From assembly GCA_040285825.1 (NCBI GenBank), contig JAUPSS010000003.1:3038001-3102000 (forward strand): a stretch of DNA of 64,000 nucleotides, given 5' to 3'. The notes beneath the pieces were generated by a model. That model did not search any database, was not told the origin of the DNA, and saw only the letters and a list, made by a program, of their open reading frames with translations. Source of the DNA: Eukaryota sp. TZLM1-RC (Eukaryota > Protista > Metamonada: BaSk clade). Shown here in pieces: positions 22,990 to 35,012 of this stretch (positions are counted from its first letter, which is position 1; each line of letters opens with the position of its first letter). A program made the position numbers and the translations under genes.

Positions 22990-25900
22990 ATTTATTAATA
23001 GTTGGGATATAGGAACGTATGTAGACCAATTTCCGTAATCGTTTCAATCTATTAATAGTTTCCTTAAACATTGAAGAACGTCTCTATGTTTAAATTCTAC
23101 AAGTCCATTACTTTCTGAATAGTGGGGAATTGAGTTACTCATCTCAATCGCTAATCTGTTACACACTATTTTGAAAGTCTCATTGGCGAACTCAGGTCCA
23201 TTATCACTATGAATTAACATAGGTATGCCAGAGATAGCGCAAACATTCCAAATTAAGGCATCTGCGGTTTCTAAGGCATTGAGTTCTTTTAGAGGGACTA
23301 AGATTGTATATCCAGTAAAAGAGTCTACAAATACTAATAGATATTTATTTCCTTCGTTGTCAGAATTTAGGGGTCCAATTGTATCGACGTTTAATCTGGC
23401 AAAAGGACGATCTGCCCATAAAGATCCTGTGGAAGGTGTTTTTGATCTTTTAACTGGAGCCGTTTTTTGACAAGTTGGGCATCTTTTGACATGATTAATG
23501 AGGTCCTTTCTCATATTGGGCCAGTAGAAATCGCTTTTGGATAGTTTGTGTAAACTATCGTTTTTGCTAGGGTGACCAGATTGAACCAAACCATGTATTA
23601 ATAGTAGTGCCTGTTTTCTGAGGCTCTATGGAATCAAAATTTTGTTTTTATTTTTTTTCCAAATTTGAGTATTTTCATCTAGAATTGCATTTTCAAATAA
23701 CGAGTCGTTGTTGTTTTTGGCTATTTGTTGTTCAGATCTTATCTTAGAGAACCAAGAAGAAAAAATAGGTAGGTCTTGGTGTCTACTTAGAGATGAGATT
23801 GATGGGATGTCTTCAAGATCCGAATCGGAATCATCGTCTAGTGGAGGTATCTCGTAATTTGAAAGTAAAGTATCTGGTATATTTATGCTACAAATAGAAG
23901 GAGTTTCCTCGTTTTGATCCAAATCAATATTCCTCGATAACATATCTGCCCAATGGTTGTCTTCACCAGGTTCGTGGACTATGTCAAAGTCGAATTCAGA
24001 TAGTTTCGGCAGACATCTCTTTACAATTCTATTTTTCTCTGTAGCTGTAGCCAGAAATGCAATGTTTTTATGATCTGTGAAAATTGTTAAATGTCTAGTT
24101 AATAAGTAGCTTTCTAAACAACTTTCAGTTAAAATCAAAAGTATTGCATATAATTCTTTTTGTAAAGTGGACCATTTTCTTTGTGTTTCTGTAAGCAATC
24201 TACTATAGAATGACAAAGGTTTTACTTTCTTTTTATTTAGCGGGGTTCCTGCAGGGGAGTAGGGTTCAATTTCTTGCCAAATAACACCTCCTACTGCTAC
24301 ATCTGAAGCGTCAGTACTTATCAATACTCGCTTGCCCGGAGCTGGTAATTCAAGGGGCATGTGGTTTACTATTAAGTCTTTTATTTGATTTAAGTAATCG
24401 TCATGCTTGCTAGTCCATTTAATTATTCTGGGTTTTCCTTTAATTAGCTCGTTAATTGGAGCAATTAATTCAGAAATACCTGGAAGCCAATTTCTAATAT
24501 AATTGATGGATCCTACCAATGAGCGAACTTCTTTTACTGTTTTTGGTCTAGGGATTCTCATCAAGGCTTCGATTTTTTTCTTACTTATAAATCTAGTTTT
24601 ATCCTGGAAGGTACTTCCTAAAATATCGATAGGGTGTTTTGATGTTACGAATTTACATTTACGTAAGCCTATATTTACACGTCTATTTCTGGCGCATTGG
24701 AGGACTCTTTGTTATCTCTTATAAAATTCTTCGAATGTCGTTCCAACTATTATGGTATCGTCAATGTATATGAAAACGCCGTCTATTTGGAAAAATTCCG
24801 TCATAACGTTTTGAAAAACTGCTGGGATGTTCTTTAATCCGAAGCAAGCTCTTTTAAACATGATTGACCTTCCAGGAATTGAGATTGATGTTTTCTCAAT
24901 ATCCTTCTCAGCTACATTCATCTGCCAGAAAGCTTTTGGTAAATCAAGCGTGGCGATGTAATTTGCTCTACTCAAAAATTCTAAAATATCACTAATCCTA
25001 GGTAGATTAGGCTCTACTGAAATTGTATGGGCATTAACTCCATCTTTACCACTAAAGTCTCCAGTTAACCTGGGTTTCTTGCCGTCAGGATATATAACTA
25101 AGACGATAGAAAGAGCTGAATTTATAATTAGATTCAACTGCATAACCCATTTCGATCAGTTCATCGAATATTTTGTTTGCTATTTCCATTTTGCTGGGAT
25201 TTAACCGTCTAGCAGGCTTGTGTACTATAGCATTCTCATCTCTAAAGGGGATTGTTAGAGGATTACAATCGATTCCTTTTCTATTAGCAGTTTCACTAAA
25301 AACATCGCTGAATAATCTCAGTAGACTCGTTAATTTTAATTTATTATTACTATCATCTAAATTTATCTCACATCCAGATCTTGCTAATTGCTCCTCAAAA
25401 TCAGAAGGACTTGGTGATTGGTTATCTAAGTTCCCAATCGAATGTTGAGCGATCCTAGAGTCGAATTCTGATTCTGCATTTAGCAAAGTGCGGTGTTCTT
25501 TGTCTAATTTAATGAAAAGACCATCATCCGTCTGAAGCCTAAGTGCTTTTAACATGTCTGTCCCTATTAATAATTTGTTCGAACCCGGGATTATGGGAAG
25601 AGTATGTTTATAATGAACTTGTTGCGCAATGCTTCCTACGTTGAACGACAGAATACCAGTTGCACTCCCTAGCGATTTTGTGGATACGTTATTAGCTAAT
25701 AAGAACTTAATGGTATCCTTGCTATTGATTGACATATGGCATTGTTCAGCTAAATCTGCAATAATAACCGAACAAAACGCAGCCGAATCAATAATTGCAA
25801 TCATTTTCATATCATTTATTGATATCTCCAGTCTGTTAAATTGAGAACGCTGAAATCTGATGTGGTTTTCGCTAACCGTGAAATTTATATCAAAAATACT

Positions 25901-28900
25901 ATTGATATCAGAGCTTGTATGGTGAAATTTTAGAGGAATTGAGAGTTGTTGTAGGGCTGTTGGATAGTTCTTGACTGGGTTTCCTAAATCTGTTGCTGAT
26001 TGATTGATTGATTGATTTATTGATATCTCCAGTCTTAGAAATGGAGAAAGCTGGGATCTGATGTGGTTTTCACTAACCGTAGAATTAATATCAAAAATAC
26101 TATTGATATCAGCGCTGGTTTGGTGAATTTGTAGAGGAATTAAAGGATTTTGTTGAGCTGTTGGAAAGTTGTTGACCTGGTTTCCTAAATCGGTTGATGA
26201 TTGATTGTGATTGATTGCGTTGATATGTACCCGATTAGGTAAGTTGCCTGTCCTGCTGTTCCGGTTGCTGTTGTTGATCCGTCTGTGAGGAACCGTACTC
26301 GAACGGGTCGGTTTTGACTCAAAAGGGAATGCGTTTGATGATATATCCTCTGAAGTGTTGATGTTATTAATAGGTCTGTACTGACCTCTTCCTTTATGAC
26401 CTCTAAAACGGCCTCCACGGCCTCTAAATTTGAATCTATGTACACGTCTACCACGGCCACCTCGGCCCCTTTCTACACTGCCTCTACTAGCAGGCGCCTC
26501 CTGTTCTCCTAATCTGAATCTTTCTTCTTTGGGAACTCTGCTTCTAGCACAACGAGGGTCTTTGCATTCGAATACAGTGTGGCCAACAGGATTGTTACCT
26601 TCGACGTTGCTGCAGAATGTACAGAATTTTGACCCTTCTCCTTCATGCTTTTCAGAGATGTATTTCTGTTGAGGGGTTCATCTTGACTTTCCTCTTGATC
26701 GTCTTGCTCGTTTTGGTGGAGCCTGGGCTGATGGTGTTACTCCTCTCGAGTAAGTTCTCATCGCCGTGAGTCCCAAAGGAATATCTTCTTCGTTAGCCCT
26801 GTTCCTTAGTACGTCCATTGTGGGCTTGTTTCCTGCTGTGTAACACCAAGCGAGGAATTGTCTTCTCGTTGTCGATATTAAAACGAGTAAAGTTGTTCTG
26901 TTCGGTGAGTCTCACAAGGATTCCCTAGTCCATACTGGGAGGAGTTCGCTCGATATAGCAAAGTTATCCAAACCCATAAGGAAGTACTCGGCTATCAGAG
27001 CGGGAGATATGGTTATCATCCCACTGCTTCCTCTAATTAAATCGGGGATGGTTAGGTCGGTCATGTAGGTGGTCATTCTCAAGACGTCTCCAAAATCTTT
27101 TACATAACGACCAAACTCGTTGTCAGCCTAATGCCTATTGTGGATTTTTCTCCAGTTTATTTTAGGCTTCATTAGAGCTGTACAGGCCTCATGATATGAT
27201 GTGAATTGTGTTCTCTTTAACAGAAATACCATGACGTCGGCGTGGGTATAATCAACACCGAGTAAACCTTGATTTTGCCGTCTGGATAGAAGGCTAGGGT
27301 CAATCATGCTGGATATTCCTGTAGGGCAAGTGCTCATCATCATGCTCCTAAATAAATCATAATGGTGGATTGGGGGTCCGAGCTTATCTGTTATAGCTGG
27401 GTCAATCCTTACCAAAGGCTGTGTTGTATCCCTCGTGATTTCGTCGCGTATATGTTTGGGGAGATCTTTAATCCTATCTTGGGTTATTTCTGCTTGGCCT
27501 TCTCCAAATAGCTGGGTAGCTACATAAAGGCTCTGGTCCAATCTGATTGACCTGGGGCTTCAAAGCTTCTATTAGCTATCTTTCGCCCGCATTTATTCCA
27601 AGTTTGATATTTTAAAAGAAAAGCTATAAAAGACATTTTGTTGATAGGGTCATCAGCGGATAATCGAGGTCTTTTATAGTCGATATCCTTAGACCGTGGA
27701 TCAATCTGTCTATGAAGGCTACTAGCTATGCTCATGTCAATAGCTCTTTTTGAGGATTGTAGGTCCTCAATACGCATAGATCTGTTGGAAGAGGAGTTTC
27801 TTATTGAGGGTTGAGGAGGAGCCGTTTTTCCAACGACTGGCCCGTTCAACTCTATGTCTTCTTCGATTTCACGTTCCATAGGTTGGGAGGAAGTTGGTTC
27901 TTCCTGAGGAGCAACGTCTTGTCTAGTTACAGGTTCTGGGACGTTCACTGTTGGAACGTGTTCGGGTATGCTGTCAATACAGCAGACCTGTATTGGTTGG
28001 CTTTTTTCAGAAATTATAGGGGCTACAACAGGCAGTTTGGGAAGGTGGAGAGATGTGGATGGATCTCCCGTTACCCATTGTCTAAACTCTCGTTGTTTCG
28101 TGAACGAGTTACCATGTTGTTGGATGTAGTTGTTAGGACGGCTCCTATACGTGGATACAGCTGATCGTTCCGTATGATTGTTATTTAAAGCGTCTGCATC
28201 AAACCAGGGTGTTACTGGTTCAAGCTTGTCTTGTTCACTACTATCCTCCTGCACCATAAATTCCCTAAAATATGTGGGAGCACCCTCTGTCAGCTCCGTG
28301 TAATTATGGCTTACCGTATCAAAGTTAGGATCAAACCAGGCAGGCAATTTGGATTGTAGGATGTCTTCCGAGTCGGTCCTACTTCTCTGCTCGATGGAGA
28401 AAAACCTTATTCTCCTGCCGTGTTGATCTAGGAAGGAGGCCTTCCAATCCAATCTATCTTTGATGGGAAGAGACATCGTTTCATTGATTCTCTTGTCCAT
28501 TCCAGAGATTCTGGGGCGGCGCTCTGCGTTACGCCCGAATGTCTCTCTACGCAGTTTATCGAGTGCCTTTATGAGTTCATTCCTTTCATTGAGGGGAATT
28601 TCCAATACCTTTTGGGTATCCCCAATCATTCCGAGGGTCTGGAAACCAACGTTTATGCCTCTTTTTTGAATGTAACTCCATAAAAGGGGAAGCTGCTCGA
28701 ACAGACAGAAATCTGTTGGTTCGAGGTAAGGCTCCGCATCCTCTCTTAATAACTTGTAGAACCCCTCAGAAGAGTCGTCTTCTCCCTCCATTTCATCCAG
28801 TTGAGATTGAATTTCTTCATATTCTCCTAATGGGGAAGACGTGTCTAAGGTGGGATCTCCATCCGCTCCCTTTGAAACAGGTTCTAGAATTGGGAGGGGA

Positions 28901-29376
28901 GAGGGAGCCGGGTCCGTTCTCGTTGCCTCCGAGGACAATTCTGCATACTTGAGGGGAGAGGGAGCCGGGTCCGTTCTCGTTGCCTCTTCCATTGCTTTGA
29001 GGGGAGAGGGAGCCGGGTCCGTTCTCGTTACCTCTTCTGTTGTTGAAGATGGTGGGACCTCGTCCACTCTTTCATATTCTTCTATTTTAAGGGAGGGTGA
29101 GGTGGGATCCGGGTCCGTTGCCTCGTTACCCTCTATATCATGTATATGTGACGCTGGTACCTGCTGCATATTAAGTGGGGGATTAGAGTCAGAGATATCT
29201 TGTTGGAAGATGTCTGACATGCTGTAAAGTGTCTGGGGATGTTCACTAATGCTGAAGTTATGGTATACCTTTTGACTTTAAAATGGCCAATACTTATTGT
29301 TGCCTAAAGTCTATTGTAGTAAAAGAAAGTCTGATTTATTTTCTAATCATATTATATAAGCCTTAGGGCGCCAACA
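22990..29376 (-). mobile_element. Ty3/Gypsy LTR retrotransposon (Gypsy-1), decayed, 3' end and 3' LTR missing
   Basis: Long Ser/Pro/Glu-rich gag, protease (IIDSAA), RT (LDLPKAFWQ, YIDD), RNase H (TDAS..GG, TDHKN), integrase (GH..CPTCQ, VDSF, SDNGPEF). 5' LTR begins TGTTGGCGCC at 29376. Confidence 0.92.
28894..29124 (-). repeat. Coding repeats (ATRTDPAPSPL x3 plus one degenerate copy) in Gypsy-1 gag
   Basis: GAGGGGAGAGGGAGCCGGGTCCGTTCTCGTT repeated three times with variable spacers. Confidence 0.85.
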
Positions 29377-29759
29377 CGTTGTCCTTTGAAGGTGGATGAA
29401 TTTGGAACAGAACCAGTGGTGATAACGGTCATAAACAGATACCATAAATCTTGTTCCACTAAAGCTCTAGATGCCAACGGAAACTCGTTTTGCGTGTTTT
29501 TTATTCATCTTTGATTCATTTTTACCTGATACCTATTGAAACTGAAGTTGCAAAGAAGAAAGTCTCAGTTATTACTGCTCCTTCCTGCTCGTGAAGGACC
29601 CTGCATTTATGGGCTTTCATTAGATGGAGTAAGATGGAATGTTCAAGCTGGTTGTCTCGCTGAATCAGAACCCCAGGTACTTTTGGATGAAGAAATCTTA
29701 AAAAAATGCCCTCCGAAGGTGCCATGATTTTTTTGATCATCATTATGGTTCTTTTTCAA

Positions 29760-30215
29760 ACTCACAGATCTTTGCAAAACCTTTGGGTGACAATTTTCAG
29801 GATTATGTGAGTGAGTAACCACGTACATCTTTAGAGCACTGCTTACATGTCTGTTCCCATAAACGCCACATTTACTGATTTGACAGTGCAGCAGTCCATG
29901 CCAGGGGACTAGTTTAATATCATCTTTTTTATATTCCAATTTGGTTTAAAATCTTGAATTTTATTCTCATAATGTATCATGATGATTCTTCTTGGTTAGT
30001 CAAAAATAATTTTTGAATCTCTTATTTTGTGTTGAGATTTGTTGTACGCATTTCAATTTTTCAATTTTGTTGTTACCTTCTCGATTATTCTCATCAAAAG
30101 CAAGATCATCCCTAATAATTAAAGTGAATACCAGCTTTTCTGAGAAATCTTTTTAGTTCTGCACCTTTAATGGTGGTTACTTCCACGTCATAACCAGCAA
30201 TTGATACAATGATTT
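29760..30215 (-). pseudogene. Fanzor1 C-terminal remnant (Fz-3)
   Basis: IIVSIAGYD..TIKGAELKRFLRKAG, then WHGLLHCQISKC.VYGNRHVSSALKM..HPKVLQR, matching Fanzor1 HGLLxC..WNRD..SAxNM..RPxxLxR. Confidence 0.75.
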
Positions 30216-30765
30216 TCGAGAGATTCTAAAAAGTGGTATTGAAAAGTGGAATTGAGTCATCCCAATGTCATGAAAAAAATTAAAAAAAACTCTTTGAAAA
30301 CCAACTCTTCTGAGAATTGTGTGGAGATTAAACAATTAGTGGTGCTCAATATCAAGCAGTAATTTGGAAAAGCTCATAATGATTTGTTCTTTGTTGAAAT
30401 GATTTTTCAGAAAATTCTGGGAACAAATTTCTCTGTTGATCATTATGATGTTTCAACTTTTCCGAACTTCTTGGTTGAAAGTTCAAGTTGTTGTTATGAT
30501 TATGATGAATTATGACCGGGAGTTCTTCGTTGAGTGTTCTTTTGTGTACCCGATGGTTCTATTTGCACCTCATGTCAACCAACAAAACAGCTAATGTAGA
30601 TATCATGTTGTACAGCTGATCCACGTGTACATTTTTAGTACTCAAACAATTAATAAACATTTTATTCAGTCCAAAAAATCTGATACGAACTCCTCCAAAG
30701 AAAATCTACAGTGATACAATCTATAGAGTGATGTTTAATAGTTGAGATGAAGACTGTCTTTACAT

Positions 30766-30840
30766 TTAAACAAATCCGATGAGACCATTTTATCAATGTA
30801 GGCCGAAACGTTGACTGATCTTCATGTTAGAAGTGTTTAA
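30766..30840 (+). ncRNA. Degenerate type I hammerhead ribozyme candidate
   Basis: CCGATGAG (30776-30783, U4>C), stem II remnant, CGAAAC (30804-30809), stem III, GTT triplet (30826-30828), distal stem I TTAAACA/TGTTTAA. Confidence 0.5.
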
Positions 30841-31139
30841 GGTAGCGAGAAATAGTTAAGTGTGACACGATGTGGTATAAATTGAAAAATGTCAGCAACA
30901 GTAGATACAATCAATATTTAATGGAATGAGAACAGCATCTGATTGAGTCAGAAACACAAAAAAAGGATTAGGTAGGGATTAGGTAGGGAAGGAAAAAAAG
31001 GTTATTAGTATTCAACCTAAAATTCAACCACAGCGTTGGAAAATGATCCTGTAGTCAATTGATAAACATTTTATAAACAAATATATATTATAACAAATAT
31101 CATTCTAGTTATAGCTATCATATCCTTTTTTACATCCCA

Positions 31140-34100
31140 TAGGTTCACGTTGAATTTTATTGATCAACATTTTTCAAAATTAATTTCTGCCGCAGGAGAA
31201 ACGGACACGGAGCTTACGAAATTCAGAGTAGAATTGGTCTAACAAAGGACAAACATACTGAGGTTTAGAAACTGACCTAATGTACGTCATTCCAAGCGCT
31301 GTAATGGATTTAAACTTATTCTGTTGTATTGAAGGATGAAATATAACTGACGAAGGTGCAAGTTGTAGCAGCTTATACAGTAGACACAAGAAGGGAGTGG
31401 GTTTGAGATAGATGGAATATAGTCCAAAGTAGTAGCTTTTTGAATTACAAAAGCTTCGATGACCATAAACCACCATCGACGCAGGTTTGTCCAAAGTAGA
31501 GGTAGTACTGAACTGCCTCAGGAACCCAGAGATTTTCAAAATCTTGTTGCACCTAAATTTTCTGTTTCAAGTGTTAATGAATTTAAAAAATTGATGTGAT
31601 TCGGGGAAAGAAGAAAAATGTTAAAAAGAAACCTTTTATTGTTGATCCTGACCTTAATCAAAAAGTTAGTATGATCGCCCTCTTATTTGTTCAATTGATA
31701 TTGAAACCAAGGAAATTGGTGTTGAAATAACCAAGAAAAAAAGATATTAATAAAACTTTAGACAATTTGCGAGCTCAACAAAAGCAATCACAGTCAGAGC
31801 GACGTCGCCAAATGACTGATGATGAGCAATTGTTAGAACAACAGGTTTTTTTAGAACGGTAGGAAATTTTAATGATTTCTATGATTTTGTTTGAAATTGA
31901 CCATAATTGGGATACTATTTTCCATTCTCCGAGTATAAATTATGTTGCTAATTTAGAGGGAACGAGACGAGTGTTATCATGGACCAATGATAACAAACCA
32001 GTTTTTGATGTCTCATTGAATAAATTTGATCATGAACAACATCTATTGAAGTCATTTGCAGAATTCACTTATGATAAAAAAATGGTTGGTTGCTTAGGCC
32101 ATAATATTTTTAATTTTGATTTACCTGTGTTCGCTGTGCGATTATCACATTTTGGAATCACTTTTCCAATTTTGTCCCAAAGAATTGGTCTAAATGAATT
32201 ATATCTTCATCGACGATGGAGAGAAGTAATTCAGTTTTATGAAAATTTCACTATTTTGGACACTTTTGTGTTTGCCAGAAAATTCATTAAAATTAGATAT
32301 GGAGCTTCATTGAACAATTTAGCATATCATTTACTTGCTGAAACAATACTGAAACTTCACGATGAGTTTGAAAATTTATTACCTATTGATAGCCTCTATT
32401 CAAATAAGGCATTGAGAACATTAGGATCTCATTGTCTTCAGGATGCAATTCTTGTTTTCAAATTATTTATTCTATTCCAAAGGGATAAAATAATCAATCA
32501 GTCATTGTCTACAGTAAAGACCTCTGTTTCATCTACAGCAAGGTATAGAGAATAACAAGAAGAGTTACTTATAGCATCTGAGGTAGTGACTGCTGTGAGA
32601 CAACAAACTTCATTTTGTGTCAAACAGTATCTTTTAGTCAAATTCATGAAGAACGAAGATTTGACAAATTTTTGCTACAAACTATTCTATCACACAATGA
32701 TATGTTTGAAAAAATTATCTTCAAAGGTGCATCGGTTTAAATTAGCATTCGATAAACCAATACCAATGTTAAGAGATGATTTGAACAACTTTATTTTTGG
32801 GTTAGCAACTTATGATAACAACCTTGAATTCCCTGGGTATCACCATTGTGTTACTGAATACACCGACACTTCATCAATTTGCCATATGCCTAGACTAGAT
32901 TATAACCATGTAAGTTGTAAGCTGAAATGTGGCCTGCTTTTGAACTGAATATCAAAAGAAATTATCATTTATATATCAAAAGGTTCATTAATCATATAAT
33001 GGGAAAGAAAGATTTGGAAGATCTAATGAAGGAAGATTGGACAGAAGTTCCTCCAGATATTTTGCAACATTTGAATTATATGCAACGTCAAAGATTTCTC
33101 AGTTATTTTAGATTTCGTTTGAAAATTGTGAAGGATTTTATGACTGGTGGGGAGCGAAATGAATTAATTAATTACTTGCAAAATTTTGGAAATTCTGATC
33201 ACCCATCTAATGTATATTTTTTACAAGAAGTTATTAAATATTTTGATGATTCTACAACCGATGTTGTGTTTGAAACCACAAATTATTTGATGGAAGAAGG
33301 TGTCACATTATTATTGGAGCACTAGTTGTCTATAATTTTCCCAAATATTATCCAAATTAATGAATGCATTGGAACAGAAAATGTGCAAGTCAAAATACTG
33401 CAATACACCCTTGAAAAGTATCCTTTATTTTTTCTGAAACCATCATTTCAAATAATTCAATATTTAGAAGGAATTGAAGCAAAATTGTTTAATGTCATTC
33501 CACTTAATATGGGTAGTAAACCTGGATACTTTCCAATAGACACGCGAACATTGTGGGGTATTGGGAAAACTGCTATGGGTAATTTAGATGGAAAACCTCG
33601 ATTTAAGCAAGTCCAAAATTATATGTGTATGGCTGATATTGGTAGTCTAACTCACAATCAACAAAATTCTTATTGGGACAGATGGCTCAACACTAATAAC
33701 AAATCTTTCACGAAAAATGGTTTCAAATTCAATAATTACGCAGTAACCAATGGTATAAGTATTTGTTTTCAGTTTGTGAGAGAAGATCTCGCAGGATTAA
33801 CCTTTAAACCTGATTCAAATATTGCCAAGGTATCAGTCTCTTATTTTGATCACCTTGATCCTGAAGATTATAGTGATAAAAATGTGGTTTTTGGTGATCT
33901 TGGAAAGAGAGATTTAATTCAATTTGGAGCACAGTCGAAGAATCCATTTCAAATCCACTGAAAAAACATGAATGGATGAGGCTAACATATGGTGAATGGT
34001 CACGTCTCAATAGAAAACACAAACAAGTGTTACAATTTTGTGTTAGACAAAATAATGGTAATAGTGAAGACCAGACAATGACCATTGAGGAATGGAATTC

Positions 34101-34755
34101 GTGGTTACGTGATCATGATTCAATAACTGTTGATTACCACAAATTCAGAGAGTTTATGTTGGCCAAGCGTAAACACTACAATGAGCGAAACAATTCCACA
34201 GTTTACCCTTATGGAGGATACATAATATCCAAAGTTATATCCATAGGCAAAAAACTGAAGAAAGAATTGTGAACAAGTTATTGACAACATTCGGTGGTAA
34301 AGACAAAATGGTATTGTGTATCGGGACTTGGGTCGTAAACCAATCAGTAATCTCAAACATAGTCCCCCAACTCCTTCCAATAGATGGATAAGTTGTTATA
34401 TTAGACGACTAATTAAACTGTTCTAATTGATGAAAGCCATACTTCTTCAAAGTGTCCTTCTTGCTTTGAAAAAGTGTTTGAAACAACTATCAAAACAAAA
34501 AATCCAATTCCTAAAAGTGCTGAAAAAACACCGTTCAAATTTCCTCATGGGCTTTTGGAATGTAGAAGTTCTCAGTGTATTAATGATGCAAAAACACGAT
34601 GTAAAAAGTCAGAAAGTGGAGAAGCAGTCAAGGCAAAGTATTGGAATAGGAACAAGATGGCTTGTTTGAATATGTTGAATGTATTTGATCACTGGTTATC
34701 CGCTGAAGAAGGTGGGCCTGTTTATCTTAGAACTCAGTTTATTTTTACTGACTAG
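31140..34755 (+). pseudogene. Family-B DNA polymerase N-terminal/3'-5' exonuclease domain fused to a full-length Fanzor1 (Fz-4), disrupted
   Basis: ExoI CSIDIET (31688-31708), ExoII GHNIFNFDLP and ExoIII HCLQDA. In the same frame STVKTSV..VTAVRQQTSFCVKQYLL, then ELNIKRNY..RFIN, KLFNVIPL..PGYFPIDT, FNNYAVTNGISI, FGDLGKRDLI (RuvC-I), HRQKTEE, IDESHTSSKCPSC, HGLLECRSSQC, WNRNKMACLNM, GPVYLR. Confidence 0.85.
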
Positions 34756-34830
34756 TAAAATCTAGTCATAGTTGGCATGCGCTATAGCAATACTGTTTCC
34801 AATATCAGTGCTGTAAGATGTGCTGAGAGA
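34749..34830 (+). ncRNA. Candidate omega-RNA scaffold region of Fz-4
   Basis: Three consecutive hairpins starting on the stop codon: TGACTAG-TAAAAT-CTAGTCA, ATAGT-TGGCATGC-GCTAT, CAATACTG-TTTCCAATAT-CAGTGCTG. Fanzor guides are encoded at the 3' end of the ORF. Confidence 0.4.
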
Positions 34831-35012
34831 ACTGCAAAAAATGATTTGTATTATATTATTTACTACTGCAAACATAAAAAACATCTTCACTTGCACATAA
34901 TTATTGTACCCGTAGAAGACACTGAAGTGAGAAATTCAACTTAAGAGTGTTGTAGTGTACACCTTGTAATAAACACAAAATTTATACAAAACAAATGAAC
35001 AAAGCAAAACTA

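Noticed and set aside
30966-30990. GATTAGGTAGG duplication as a telomeric or element-terminal repeat
   Set aside because: Only two copies, not TTAGGG, and no matching partner at the other end of the Fanzor locus.
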